From: Eledone cirrhosa
Taxonomy: Eukaryota
Assembly (NCBI GenBank): GCA_964016885.1
Contig: OZ024740.1
Location: 75,144,001-75,208,000, forward strand
Direction of reading: 5' to 3'
DNA length: 64,000 bases
Under the pieces are notes generated by a model. The model ran no database searches. It saw only the letters and a program-made list of their open reading frames with translations, and had not been told where the DNA came from. Shown in pieces: positions 35,800-51,194 of the stretch. Position 1 is the stretch's first letter. Each line of letters starts with the position of its first letter. The translations under genes were made by a program, and so were the position numbers.

Positions 35800-38299
35800 A
35801 ACACCAGGAAGAGACATGATTGTCGGCTACTGGTACAAAAAACTGATATTCTATCGGAGGTATCTTAATGACCTCTAGCAACAAGTTCTTAAGGGAGATA
35901 CACTTATACCAGAATGGTTGACATTAGCACAAACATTACTGGTCCCCAAGAACAAAGACACCCACTTGACAAAAAACTACCGACCCATTGCATGCCAGAA
36001 CCTGATGTATAAGATGTATACAGCCTGCCTGAACCTATTCCTGTGAAAATAATAACATCATCACAGATGAACAAGCAGCTGGAAAGAAAGGGGTTTGGGG
36101 ATGTGCTGAACAACTCCTAATCAACAAAACTGCGATGTCGGAGGTGCGACAACTTAATAGAAATATGACTACAGCCTGGCTGGACTACAGGAAAGCTTTC
36201 GATTCTGTTGCCCACTCTTGGATGATAGAGGCCCTCCAACTTGCTAAAGTCCCAGACATTATTGTCAGAGCCATAGAGAGGCTGTTTTCTTCTTGGGCCA
36301 CTATCCTAAGGCTAAAGACAGAGAGGGAGGACTCTATTTTCACTGATAAAATAAAATATTGGAGGGGTATATTTCAGGGGGACAGTCTCTCTGTGATATT
36401 ATTCATCTTGTCATTAAACCCCTTGTCCTTTCTGCTCAAGAAATGTGAGCGATACATCATTGGCTCACAGGAGGACAGAAATACGAACCTAACACATAAT
36501 TTCTTTGTGGACGATCTGAAACTCTATGCCAAGAACATGGATGGGATGAAGAAAAATCTTGACCTGGTTACAACGTTCTCAAAGGATAAAGGAATGGAGT
36601 TTGGCCAAGATAAATGCTCATATATGACTGTAAAGCGGGGAAAAACAACAACCCACTCTAGCAACATTGTCATCAAAGGCCTAACTGTTTCACCGATATC
36701 TGATGAGGACTGCTACAGATACCTGGGGATAGATGAGAACATATCCTATAATGGTATCTGTAATAAAGAACGCGTAACCAGGGAATACTAAACTCGATTA
36801 AGAAAGATCTGATCATCGGAACTTTCTGCGCAAAACAAAACAGTGGCTCACAATGTGTTTTCTGTGCCTGTCCTAACACCAACGTTTGGAATACTCAATT
36901 GGACGATAGACGAAATCCGAGCAGTTGATGTTGGAACTCGAAAAATACTGAACAACACCGGAAACTTCCACATCAACAGTGACATAAACCGCCTTTACTT
37001 GAAACGTAAGCAGGGAGGCAGAGGCCTAACATCAGTCCAGACAACATTTGAATGTCGCATCATATCTCTCCGACAACATCTACGAACCTCGAAGCGTAGG
37101 AGCCCGTTTCTCGAGCAAGTCTATCTGCATGAAACAGATAAGATCATGAGAGTTGGGAAGGAACTCCTTGAGAGATATTCCCTGTGTGATAATCAAAAAC
37201 TCACACCCAGGGATGTCGCTCAGCAGTATCGCAGTGAATCCATGGATGAAAAACTGCATGCCTATCAGCAAAAAATCATGCAAGGATATGTTGCCAGGAA
37301 ACTCCAGAGTGAGAGTAATATAGATAAGGAAAGTAGTCTATCTCGGACCAACAACCGCTTATTGGTTCCCACTTTGAAGGATACGCTTTTGCAATCCAGG
37401 AACAGGAGATTAGCACGAAATACCTGATTCACAAAAGAGATAGGGATGCAAGCAAAACACCTAGATGTGATAACAAGTGCAGACTCTGCAGAACTAACAT
37501 CAAGGATATCACCCATGTCATCAGCAGCTGTCGAAAGATGTCATCGCGGTACTATCTACCGATGAGGCACGATGTAGTGGCCAAAACACTGTACAATGCA
37601 GTCAGTTCGTAAAAAAGATAGCCCCAATAATAAACACATTAAAAGCTACAGCAATGTGGAAGACATCCATGTACATAATATGAAAGAGTACTGGTGGAAT
37701 GTTCCAGTAAAAACCCCAATAAAATGCAGGCATAACAGACCAGATATTATGATATGGGACAGGGAGAAGAAAACATGCACAGTAGTGGAAATTAGCTGCC
37801 CAGCAGATGCCAATATAATATCAAAGATTAGTGTAAAGGAGAATATTTATGCAGAACTGATGAGAAATCTCCAGATACTCCACCCTGATTACACCTTCAC
37901 ATTTATGCCTGTGATTATTGGGGCACTGGGATATGTTAGTAACTGCCTCAATACAAATCTTGAGAAGCTAGGCTTCACAGGAACAGAAAGAACACAACTA
38001 GTTAGGAAATTACAAGTACAATCCATTAATAGAACAGTAAAAATATGTAAAACATTCCAAAAATGTTGCATCTAATAACTGCATATACACATGTACAGAT
38101 ACAAAGCATATACACATGCACACATACAACTCAAAACATCCACATCCACACATACAATAACATCCATATCTACATATGCATGCATACATACATATCTACC
38201 TAGTTGATGTGTAAATTCCAATGAGAGAGTCTTGTGTCTATGTTAGAAACCGACTCTCTCTCTATTGGTAAAACTTTGTGAAATCATAAAACCAGAAGA
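35800..38299 (+). mobile_element. 5'-truncated, decayed R4/Dong-like RLE retrotransposon flanked by (ACAT)n
   Basis: NYRPIAC, WLDYRKAFDSV, GIFQGDSLS, FVDDLKLY, GGRGL, CRLC...HVISSC, RHD, RPDIMIWD...VEISCP; stops and frameshifts. Confidence 0.92.
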
Positions 38300-38317
38300 A
38301 CATACATACATACATAC

Positions 38318-38455
<138 letters not shown>

Positions 38456-39822
38456 CATACATATATATACAACGGACTTATTCAATTTTCATCTACCAAA
38501 TTTCATTCATAAGCAGTTTGGTCAACTTTAGTTTATAGTAGGAAACTCTAGCTCAAGGTGTCATACAGTGGAACTGAACCCCAAAACATATGTTTGCGAA
38601 ACGTACTTCGCAGTCACTCACCCATATCTACGCCTATGTATGAGAATGTATCGTTTCACTGCGCGGTCCTTGGATGAATGTCTTTTACCATAAGGTCAGG
38701 TCAGCCAATGATTTGTAAGTGAAATTCAGAAAAGATAAATTATGGGGATCCATTGTCTGAACTCTATCTGTGTTGATGTGGGAGGTTGTTGTTGTTGTTT
38801 ATCCTCAGATCACCTCTGATGAAAGACGGTTCAGCCATGACCACTCGCTATTTTATTGAGATATATGGTGGCATACTAGTCAAGCTTTATCGAATGTCCT
38901 TTTTTTCTAAAACGATGGAGTGAGGTTTGTTGGAAATCTGATTACAATGTCTAACAGCTCATATGGCCACGTAGATGTCACTAGTAATTCACATCAATTG
39001 TAGAGCAACCACTCTCTACTCATTGCGACGCGAAGATAAAAAATGCAACAAAAAACGACGGACTGACATGTCTCAATGAAATAGCGTATGGTCACCACTG
39101 AACTGTCTTGATAATAGATGCACTTGATCACAGACGTGCTAGGAATAAACAGAAAAAATTGCTGTCTTCCAGTATCATTTACTAGATTTGCTAGAGATAC
39201 AAGCCAGATATCTATCAAATTCCCTAATACCAACTTTATAAAAGACGAAGGTCACACTAGGTTATGTAGCTTAATGTTTCATAATACCTAAATAAGGTAG
39301 TAGGATCAGGCGATAACATATATAACAATAGGTTTCTTGAATATGGCAAACCTGGGGCAAATACCAACACACAAAACAATAACAACACATGCACTGATCA
39401 GGAAGGGCAAAGAAAAGATTATGAGACTCATTAAAAGAAAATTACGTCAGAACGTTCACATCAATGAAACAAGAAACCTGCAAGATAATAAAAACGAAAC
39501 ATAACAATGGGTAAAACTGCAAACGAAACTAAATGCAGAGGCGGCAAAGAGTGATACGTCGCAATGATTTGAACTTACTACGTAGGCGAAGAACGACAGA
39601 ACTACGTCTCTCGCAACCCTACCTTAATCATGGACAACTCATCGAATATTAGGCCAACAACCCCCAGTCTTTTTCGTCTCGTTTATCCCGTGGTAACTTT
39701 TCGAAATTTAACAGCATCTTGTTTTGTTCATTAATTTGTGTTTACATCATTACTATAATATAGCAACCGACAAGGGAAATTGTGAAATAGTATTTTTGAC
39801 AATTATTTTACGATCTAATAAC

Positions 39823-40036
39823 AATAATTGTTTCTACATTTGGCACGAGGCCAGCAATTATCCAAGTGTATTACTGGTGCTTTATTTTATCGACCCCGTA
39901 AGGATGAAAGGCAAAGGTAACCTCGGCGGGATTTGAACTCAGACCATAAAAGGCCGTGGGATTTGAACTCAGACCATAAAGGGCCGTAACTCTTAGCTGC
40001 GTCAGACCCTCTAACGATACTCCCAATCTACCGCCC
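39823..40036 (-). mobile_element. tRNA-derived SINE with an internal ~30-bp duplication
   Basis: Family core; ctaataacaa direct repeat on both flanks. Confidence 0.9.
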
Positions 40037-40512
40037 TAATAACAACAATGGCACACACTAACATTACTTCACTTACTTATAAACTACCAATGATGAATAG
40101 ATACGGGTAAAGGACCAAATGCAGTCAGTCAATGTGAACATATACCAGTATATATGTACAGATCTGTCAACTCTCACTGTTGGACGGGGAGATCTCCCAC
40201 CCACTTTGGGGCGGGTGAGAGATGTCTTCTCTTCTGAAAATGGGTATAGCTTTCATTATGTAAAATCTCCCATTTCTCCCCGTTTTGGGGCACTTTTTTT
40301 CATGGTACTCTCCGTTTGGGTTTTAGAGGTTGGCAAGTCTGTATGTATTCACCCATAACTCTTTGTTGACTCGTAGGGGCACCACTGCCGTGATATATGG
40401 CATGTCTTTGGCACTTTGAATTTGGCGGAGACTATTCCTTCTCTAGATCTTAGATTTGAACATAGCCGATTTCTTCATGAGAAGAAGAGAGAGGGGGAAG
40501 ATATATATATAT

Positions 40513-40851
<339 letters not shown>

Positions 40852-42210
40852 TTTTATCGACCTCGAAAGGATAAAAAGCAAAATTAACATGGGCAGGATT
40901 TGAATTTATAGAACGATGGAACGAATACCACAAGATATTCTATCCGACATTCTAACAACTACCAATTCATCGCACGTCATACAAGGATGAAATATAGTCA
41001 GTCCATGTAAATGCATCAGTCAATGAGAATTGTCGTTAAGTCCAAAACGGTACAAAAAAATTGAGATTTTAATCAACAAAATAGGTCTACTATAATTTTT
41101 TTTTATGTTTCGTATTTTTTTTAAAAATTGTATTTATTTAATTATAATCGGATAAATTATATGCAAATCCAAAGTCAACAAATGTGTACCCTCATTAGAT
41201 GAAATTTATCTGCTGAGAGTAAATTTAACCCAGGCTGGAAACCCCTAAAATAGGCCTAACAGTAATTAGTGACCTCTCTTGACATGGCATACTACTCATA
41301 TATCTTGAGTGGTTCTGCTACTAGTCAGACGCGTACCTTAGACCATATATAAAGAGCCACTTAACTGATTGGGAAAGATTTGCTAACCAACAAACTCCAG
41401 TCTTTAGCCTACAGATGTATTGCCTCCGTACTCAACTTTTTCTACCCATATGTGCCACTTCCATCCAGGGTCTCTTGACTTATTCGTTTCTCCTCATCTC
41501 GTCCCACATATTGTTTCCACAACACCAATCAGTTTAATCTCCCTCAAATAACAAAGTTCCATTACATAAGATACGTTGAATAATATAATCCAACAAATAT
41601 TTTGAAAAATTAATTAATAAACAAACAAACATGGGATGGTTACACCTAAGACGCATTTGATCATAAGTATGTTCGGTCAACAATGACCTAGGGCTAAACG
41701 AGAAGAACAACAGCCTACAATATAAGTAATATATGCACTAAGGAAGGGTAAAGAAAACATTAAAAGACTCATTAGCAAGGACGAATTTACGTCAGAACCT
41801 TTAAATGCGTGCTCGGGAATTAACTGGAATCAATGTAGAAACGAATAGCTGGTGTTTAGCAAATGTCAGCGGTGAAAAGCCTGCAAGTGTTTCATTACTA
41901 TTTATCGCATAACTAAACATTTTGAGGTTTATACGAAAATATCCTTTTACTCCTTCTACAATTACTGTCTTTTCTGCGTCTTCTGTGTTTTTATTGCAAT
42001 GCATTCTTCATTCTATTAGGCATTGTTCCATCTTAGTTCATTCCATCTGTATAAGATTTGTTGAATATGCTTCAGTAGAATGTTTCCAAATCTTTAACAT
42101 TTACAATTACACAAACACGCATGCAGCCATGTAAGTGTGTGGGAATATACACTACGTATGTTTGTATATAAGTTTACATTTATACATTCAGATAAATAAA
42201 TAAATAATTA

Positions 42211-42513
42211 TCTATATATATCTAAAACAGAGAATGTCTGTCTCTCTATCTGTCTGTCTGTCTGACTCCCTAAAACTCGAGAACAACCCAACTGATTGTA
42301 TTCAAACTTTACACATGTAATACTTATGGTTGTGTAAGTGTTTTTAGCAAAGAATATTTCAATGTTCAATGCCCTAGGAACCGCATTAGGTAATTTAGCG
42401 ATCTCTCTATAATTCTTAGTCCGTATTTTTAGATAGATACATAGCTACGACGTCGCGCCCTTATAATATCTGTCGTTCTGTCTGGCTGTCTGCATTACGA
42501 CATTATGACGCTA

Positions 42514-42570
<57 letters not shown>

Positions 42571-42577
42571 ATATATG

Positions 42578-42625
<48 letters not shown>

Positions 42626-43040
42626 TGTAACATTTTTCGAAATATTTACTTCTGCGTTCACAGATTGACTTTTTTAGTGTCAAAAGATCCCGTTAAGGGT
42701 AAAAGCAGCGATTCTTCTCTTAAACTTTAATCTGTTATTTTATATAATTATATATTCGTGTACAGATATTTTTGCATACACAATAACAAAATATAAACAA
42801 ACGTATTTATTTCACGAGGCTCGACAGCAACAAAAACAACAAAAAAGAGAGAGAACGCAATTATATGCTTTTGAAAAATCTTAATGGAAAATTATTTGCC
42901 TATTCATATAAAGGCGACTTCACCTTTTATTAGGACTTCTGCATCAATTGGTCAACATACGACGAAACTGTTTCAGAAAGGAGGGATAAACATGCCAATC
43001 TATATTTAGAATCCCGAGCAACGCCGGGCCATTCTGCTAG
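42211..43040 (+). mobile_element. Non-autonomous Helitron
   Basis: A|TCTATATATATC 5' end; cccgagcaacgccggg hairpin followed by CTAG|T; related copies at 51.7-54.7 kb. Confidence 0.85.
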
Positions 43041-43126
<86 letters not shown>

Positions 43127-43547
43127 TATATACATGCTTACACACACACAATATATACACATAAACAAATGATTTTTGTTTCACAAACAAGAAAAATGCA
43201 CTCAATACGTATTGCAGATTATAATTATTCCTCCTTACTAAGCAAACACTTCGCTCCATCCATATTCAGAGATTCTCTCTTGTGACATTTCTTTTATTGA
43301 TTTCAGTCATTAGACAAGGGCTATACTGGAGTTTATTTTCAAAAAATTATTTAGAAAATTAATATATATATATATATATTATATATATATATATTATATA
43401 TATATATATATATTATATATATATATATATATTATATACGGCAGATAATAATAGCTTTTGCTTTATCATATAGAAACTACGGAGACAGCTGAAGCTTGAT
43501 AACGTCGGAGTTTGATTGGTCGAATGTGGAGCAGCAACGGTCTTATT

Positions 43548-43723
43548 TACACACACACACGCGCACACACACGCGCACACACACGCACCCCCCCCCCCCA
43601 CACACATACACACACATACACACACACACACATACACACACACACACATACACACACACACACACATACACACACACGCATACATACACACACACACACA
43701 CACACACGCACACACACACACAT

Positions 43724-43754
<31 letters not shown>

Positions 43755-43844
43755 TACATACATACACACACACACACACACGCACACGCACACATACACG
43801 CACACACACGCACACACACACGCACACACACACACAGACAGACA

Positions 43845-43880
<36 letters not shown>
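43548..43880. repeat. Long degenerate (CA)n microsatellite
   Basis: Seen directly. Confidence 0.97.
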
Positions 43881-43886
<6 letters not shown>

Positions 43887-44039
43887 GATACTTCGTTTTT
43901 GAATTTGTTTTGCAAGATTTCTTATCTGTTGGTTTTCACTTCAATTTATTATAAATTTCAGGTTTGTTCGTTAACCTGATGGTTGTTTATATGTTGTCAA
44001 AGCTCTCTTGTCACACATTCTGTGACCTCCTCAGTGATT

Positions 44040-44360
44040 GATTTCTTATTTTGCGTCTCTCCTTTGTTCTGTCCTACACCACCTTTGCTTTTGTGTTTTG
44101 TGTAAGACAGACAATGGAGGGGCACTGTTGTTGAAAGGGGCATGTTTCTGGCCTTATGGAAGAGCATCCGGGTGAGGTTGAACTCTTGGGGTTGGTGGTG
44201 ATGTTGTATTTCATATTTTTAGCACAGGAATAACCGAGTTTCACCCTGTGTCTATTGAAGATAGGCCTGTATTTATGTCCTGTTGGGAAGTGTTTATCTA
44301 AGAGTGCTAAGAATTTCCTGCCTACATTGGTTCTAACATTGAACAAGAACCAAATGGGCA
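44040..44360 (-). pseudogene. Penelope-like element fragment (linker between RT and GIY-YIG)
   Basis: TNVGRKFLALLDKHFP..HKY..IFNR..VKLGYSC, homologous to 7630-7770. Confidence 0.8.
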
Positions 44361-44594
44361 AAACCAAATTATTATTTTTTTATTTCTACTTATATATAGG
44401 TGTTGAAACGACAAGAGCTCAGCCGGCAGGTCCCTACTCTTTACAAGATAATCATTCTCTTCCACTCCAAGTATCGAGTACTCTGTTGAGTAATGGTTTA
44501 ACCAGTTTCAAATAGATTATATGGTGATATATATATAAAATACGGCGAACATTTTTATTTCTAATTTCAAACTCGCTCGCTGTTTCAAAACATA

Positions 44595-47304
44595 CTTATA
44601 TATATAAAGGAAGTTTGTTTGTTTGTACGTTGAGCGCTAATAACACTAATAATTGTTTCTACTTTAGGCACAAGGGCGACCATTTTGGGGGAGGTGAAAG
44701 TCGATTAAATCAACCCCAGTGAATTACTGGTGCTTTATTTTATCGACCCCGTAAGGATGAAAGGCAAAGCTAACCTCGGCGGGATTTGAACTAAAATCGT
44801 AACCCTATGCCATAAAGCATATTGGCCGACACTCTACCGATACTACCAATCTATCGCCCTTCTAATAACACTAAATAAAATAAATTGGTAATGATTAAAA
44901 TTTTTCGAGTGTTTTCAACTAATCTGACCTCCGACATGCTCGCAATCCAAAACGGAATGAGGGGAGGGTGTGACGTGGGCGACTATAAAGTATCTATTCA
45001 AATACGTCAACAAGAGTTCCGATGCCGCCACTTTTGCGCTAACAGACCGAAATATGTCCAACGAGGTGTCCAACTTCTAACACGGCCAATATATCAGTAG
45101 TAACGAAGCATTCTGGCACAATTTTGGATTCCCAATTCAGGTCCATTACCCACCGGTGTAAAACCTTGACGTCCATTTGGAAAATGGAAAACGTGTGTAT
45201 TTTACAACCAAGGATGCAGCTCAACAAGCGATAACACAAAGAAAGACAACTTTGTTAGTGTTTTTTTTAACTTTGGAGAACTGACAGCTTTACACGACCT
45301 CTACAGACAAGTACCATCCTACTACACCTTTAAAAAACAACTTTGATAAACAAAGAGTAAAATGGAACCAACAAAAACAAGGAAGATCAGTAGAAAACTA
45401 TCCTGAAATTCGTAAAACACCAATACTTCAGTAGGTAGGATTTACACAATACATCCAGGACAGCGCGAATATTTCCACTTGAGGAGTCTGCTTAATGAAG
45501 TTAGAAGCCTTCAAAGCTTTAATGAACTTCTTAAAGTGAATGGCGCTGTTTGTAACACGTATCAAGAGGCATGAATGTGGAGACGTCTGTTGGAAGGCGA
45601 CAATCAATGGAATACAACACTTGCTGAGGCGACTTTATCTCGGACCACCAAAAGTATTCGAAATTTATTCGCAATTATATTTAAGAAATTGTGATATATA
45701 CTATATCCATCGGGGCTTTACTATCCATCGGGGCTTTGGCTAAAGTATAGGGATATCTCCGAGGACATTAAACAGGAAGCGCAATTAGGAAACCCTGACA
45801 TAGAAGTAACTTTTTCAGACGAACATTATAATATAACTTTGATCTAGATTGAAGACAATCTGGTGGAAATAGATAGACCTACCCTGCATTAAGACATCAT
45901 CTCATATGTTAACGAAAATGAGGCAAACAGTACATAACATTATACTTGATTCTATTGCGCAACAGAATGGTGGCCTCTATTTTATTGATACTCCGGGTGG
46001 AACTGGTAAAACCTGCTTGTTAAACCTATTCATTTACAATTGCTACACTTTCAGACTGGTCATCTGCTTTCAAACTGGACTTGAGCCTCCGTTTGAATGA
46101 AATGTCCGTATGTCATATAAAGAAGGACTCAGGAGCTGCCCAAGTATTGCAAAGATGTGTGGCAATTTTTGAGGAGGAATGCACAGACATGTATTCGAGA
46201 TCTTCGAAAGAACACTGAAAATATCCGCAACAGCACAATAATCATGGGAGGAATCACTGTCGTTTTATCAGAGAATTTCCCAAAACTTTACCTGTGATAT
46301 CAAAGGGGAATCACGCCGATCAAGTTCAAGCTTGACTAAAATCGTCAACTTTAAGGCTACGTATCACCAAACTCAATTTAAGAACCAACATGCGAGTACA
46401 ACCTCACGGTGACAACATTGTTGCAGAGTATGCTCAAAAGCTTCTGAAACTAGGTAAAGGCAAAATATCCTTTGGTACTGAAGGATGTTTTGATCCTTCA
46501 TCATTTTGCACTGTTGTGAAAAACATTGATAGCTTAATTAATCAAGTTTTGCCTAATTTCGAAATCCACTATTCCAACGAGGAGTGGTTGTGTGAAAGAG
46601 CAATCCTTGCCCCTCAAAACATCATAGTGAATGCCATCAACAAAAACCTCTCACAAATGATCCCTGGGGATAGCCAGACCTATAAATCTATCGACAAAGT
46701 TTTCGACGAGGGCGCAGCTGTTCATTATCCCGTTGCATTTCTCAAAAGTCTGGAACCGTCCAGTATTCCGCCACACAACCTTAAATTGAAGAAGGGCGCA
46801 GCCATCATGCTTCTCAGAAAACTGTATCAGCCAAGATTGTGCAATGGGGCGCATATGCTTGTGACTGAACTACAGCCTCACATTTTGGAAGTCAACAGAT
46901 GTCCTCTTTTGTTTCCAACATTTGCAATTCCCAATGAGAGTCAGTTACACAATGACCATCAACAAGTCCCGAAGTCAACTACTTAGGTTATCGGTCTCCA
47001 TCTAGAAGAGAGGTGTTTCTCGCAAACTTTTCATATATACATAAAAGTTAAAAACATTGTATATACAGAAGTTCAGGAAATGTTTTATAATGTTCGTAGA
47101 ATACATATTTATATTATTTCATTTATTACTTTCTATATGCAGATATTCTAAATAAGTTTTAAAAAACTTATGTTATGCAATATTTCAACACCTTTTAACA
47201 TCTTTTATTTTAAGAAAAATGGGCATTAGGATAGATGTCAATAGGTGCCTTATGAATAGATTTGAACACAGTACAAACCGGGGTGAAGGCCGGGTGATGG
47301 CTAG
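44595..47304 (+). mobile_element. Decayed Helitron with RepHel (PIF1-like helicase) remnant
   Basis: VHLENGKRVYF, GRIYTIHP, FIDTPGGTGKT (Walker A), ERAILAPQN, PPHNLKLKKGAAIMLLR..RLCNG; 3' GC hairpin and CTAG|T at 47301-47304. Confidence 0.9.
44648..44860 (-). mobile_element. tRNA-derived SINE nested in the Helitron 5' end
   Basis: Family core; TSD ctaataacactaa. Confidence 0.9.
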
Positions 47305-47315
47305 TATATATGTAA

Positions 47316-47409
<94 letters not shown>

Positions 47410-47669
47410 TAAATTCAAAGGGTATATATATATAATTAGACAAAGTCACAGATACATATATGAGTTTAGCAACCATTCACGGTGTGGCTCAATGAAGAAT
47501 TAATTAAATAATTATTAATCGGAGCTATATATAAAAATGTAAGTCCAAAGAATCATTAACCAATCACAAACTTTCTGCCTTGACCACTGGCCACGTGGTG
47601 GTTCTTAGCCATTTTGAATTCATTTCTGGCGGGGATCATGGTAGAAGAATCTTAGTCCAGTCTGGGGTA

Positions 47670-47753
47670 TCTCCTGATGAGTTCCGAGCCTCGTGGATTA
47701 ATCCAAGACCGGGTATATCCAAAACGTGGAACGAAACCACCGGTTGGTAGAGA
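47670..47753 (+). ncRNA. Type I hammerhead ribozyme motif, canonical core
   Basis: tctc-CTGATGA-gttcc...ggaac-GAAA-cca ccggt tgg-TA-gaga; all three stems pair. Confidence 0.85.
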
Positions 47754-48043
47754 CTATGAGAATTCTGGTAAAATTTATGTGCATTATTTCTTCAAACTTC
47801 CATTTTGTACCTAATTCCATGTAGTTAACTATTTGTCAAGTCAATTTCTACAGGCTAGAAGAACTAATTAGGTAAGTGTCATGTGGCTGTACATCGCGGA
47901 AAAGAATCTGTATCATTTGTCTATTATTTCTTCATAATTACATTTTAAACTTATAGCCTCGTTTAAATGATTTTTTATGTGGTTAATTTATACTGATTGG
48001 GAGAGGAAATACTGTATATATTTTATCTAATGATTCTTTGGAC

Positions 48044-48164
<121 letters not shown>

Positions 48165-48500
48165 TGTATAAGCATATGCGGGTTTCGTTTCCTTGCAGGT
48201 GCCTGTGTGCACTTATTTTCTTTGAACTCATTTCTTTTCGTTGTGTACATATATTATTGTGATGTTCGTAGCAAAATGGGCGAGATATTTCTTATTAACA
48301 ACGTTTGAAGATGACAGGTAACAGGATAGGGAAAAGTTAATATAGTTAATTATCCGAGTGCAATTTTGGAGGCAAAGTATAGCTTGGCAAAGTATAAGTG
48401 GTTTAGGCTTAACATTGGCTTTTAATAGGGTGGTGTCATTTAGTTTCTTGTTTCCTCATGTTTATTCAGATAATACACCCTAGTCTACTACACATTACTG

Positions 48501-48625
<125 letters not shown>

Positions 48626-50586
48626 TCTCTCTCTATATATATATATTAATAGTAATATTTATGAGAGTAAATTTTACACATTTACTAGGTGCATTTTAGC
48701 TCAACGCTATGATAGGATCAAGCAGAGCCAATATGTAATTACAATGTGCATATAAACCAAAATTAAAAGACATTTAATCACTGACAATTGTTTCTTACCA
48801 TTGGAATGTACTACTAACTGCAAGTTATTTTATTTAACAATTTGCTATTAGTTAGCATAAACTATAGGAATCAGAGTTTAATTAATTAAAATCCAAATCG
48901 ATTAATAAAATATCGATACAAATTATTTAAGAACAACAGATAAACACATTAAAGATACACCAAATAAAGCACTCATATACTTTCTAAAAATTCAATATAG
49001 TGGTGACCTTTAAATTAGAAGTTTCGCCAAAGTCGGTGATTTATCAAAACAGGTTTAATAAACCACCATCATGGGCGAAGCTTCGAAGTTAACAGTCACA
49101 ACAATTATATATATTGCTTAAATCAGTCTACCTTAAACTGAACACCAAATTGTACCAACAACTCCTGCCAAATAAACCGTATTCACCCTCCGAATTCGTC
49201 AAATTATACGCGGACCAACCATCCTCCCAAACTCGGCTTACACAACCAGATCTTAATAGCCACCTAATGAGGACAACGGGCGTTATCAAGCTGTAACTGT
49301 CATATTACGGAGTGTCTATATAATAAAGCCAAAGCTATTAATACTGCAGAAACTACGATCTCATTACCTAATAGGCCGCGCTCCACCCTCTCCCGTATAC
49401 TCGTGATCTTAGACCTTCAAACTATACACTAAGATGACGTGATACCGCGCATCAGGAAGTCTAATTCTCACAAGAAAACATAAAAACCAAATTGACAATC
49501 AAGAAAGTACCTAGGTTTTAAAGAAATAAATGAAACGAATACAAGATGAAGAGCATAAGAAGTCTAGTTCCTACACCACAACCTAAAAATCAAAATAATA
49601 ATCAAGAAAATACCCAATCTAATATAAATATGATATGAGAAAATACGATAACAAAAGGCGACGCAAAATATATAAATCACAGTGTTATTATTTACATAAA
49701 ATAAATATAATACATACATACGAATGCAAAACATAATTTAGACTAGGTCATCTAATTCAAAAATTCCAATGGAACTGTTTAAGAGGATGACGCTGGATCA
49801 CAAATTAGGGAGAACACTTTATTTCAATGTAAGGATAGATTCCCTGTTTTCAAGATTTCTCTCTGCGCGGAGAGAAAAAAAAACTGATCCAATCTCAAAG
49901 TTCTAGGTTTTGTTAAACCTTTATCAAAGAAGAATAACCCCTTTTCTGACAAAACAAAACAAAACAAGACAAAACATGTTTGACATTTAAGAACAGACAA
50001 AAGCTGTTACATTCTCTTTTTCATTTATTTCTTAATAGTAAAGTCCATTATGTAAAAGAGATTTCGTCAAATTTTCGAGACCTGGTTACTGACTAAATTC
50101 CGCGTCACTCGCAAACTGAAATGTGTAAGTGACCAGATCACGGAAGTTCGACAAAACGTTTTTAAGAAATATACGTAAAGTGAATGTAATAGATTTTGTG
50201 GTGTTCTTCAATGGCTAATATGAGTTCCACTATCTAATTGTTAGTTTCAACACAAGCTCTCACATTACATCACATCACTTGCCAGAAAGTACAACTTTGT
50301 GCGTGTGTATGTGTATATGTGTGTATATATATATACACATACATATACACGTATATATTTCGAAGTACTTTTTTGGCAAGTTATTCCATCTGAGCTCGTC
50401 TGGATATGTAAATATGTATGCATACATATACAAGCACACACATACACACATATACACACATACACACAGTCACACATATATGTATATATATATATACATT
50501 GGGTTGTAACATACATTCCCGCCGTTATAAAACTTCTTAATAAAAAAAACGGCGGGGAATTGTGTTACAACCCAGTATATATATAC

Positions 50587-50666
<80 letters not shown>

Positions 50667-50775
50667 GTTATTCCGGGTTGAATCGGAGGTAACCACAGTA
50701 AGTAAGGTACTCAATACATAGCAGAGTATAACAGTTTTAATATAGATGAGATTCTACAGGACTAGAACTGGAACT
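50667..50775 (-). repeat. 3' fragment of HHR family 2 between TA tracts
   Basis: Shares ccgggtt, ggtactcaatacat and tacaggactagaactg with 57785-57880 and 54920-54950. Confidence 0.7.
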
Positions 50776-50798
50776 ATATATATATATATATATATATA

Positions 50799-50992
50799 TA
50801 GAAGTGGTTTCACAACAGTTAGTTCACCATACCGGGGGTCCTTCCTGTTCCTATAACCACTGAGGATCCGCTAAGGTGAAACAATTGTTCTCGGTATGGT
50901 GAACTAACTGTTGTGTAACCACTTCTACCTTACTCGTCCCTTGGACTGAGTGCTCTACCACTACGGATATTACCTTCCAGTGTTCCACCACT
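50799..50992 (+). mobile_element. Short HHR-bearing element in (TA)n with 36-bp inverted arms
   Basis: Arms 50799-50834 and 50892-50927; CTGAGGA-tcc gctaa ggt-GAAA-caattg-TT at 50860-50889 (stem I weak). Confidence 0.65.
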
Positions 50993-51084
50993 ATATATAT
51001 ATATATATATACTCATACATATATATACTCATACATATATATGTATATACATATATACATATATATGTATATATATACATATAC

Positions 51085-51194
<110 letters not shown>

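Noticed and set aside
43440-43545. Short sequence with an inverted relative at ~49270-49350
   Set aside because: Appears to be an ordinary dispersed repeat fragment; too little to classify.
48780-48825. Half hammerhead (GAAACAATTGTC on minus)
   Set aside because: No recognisable CUGANGA box; likely decayed, not counted.
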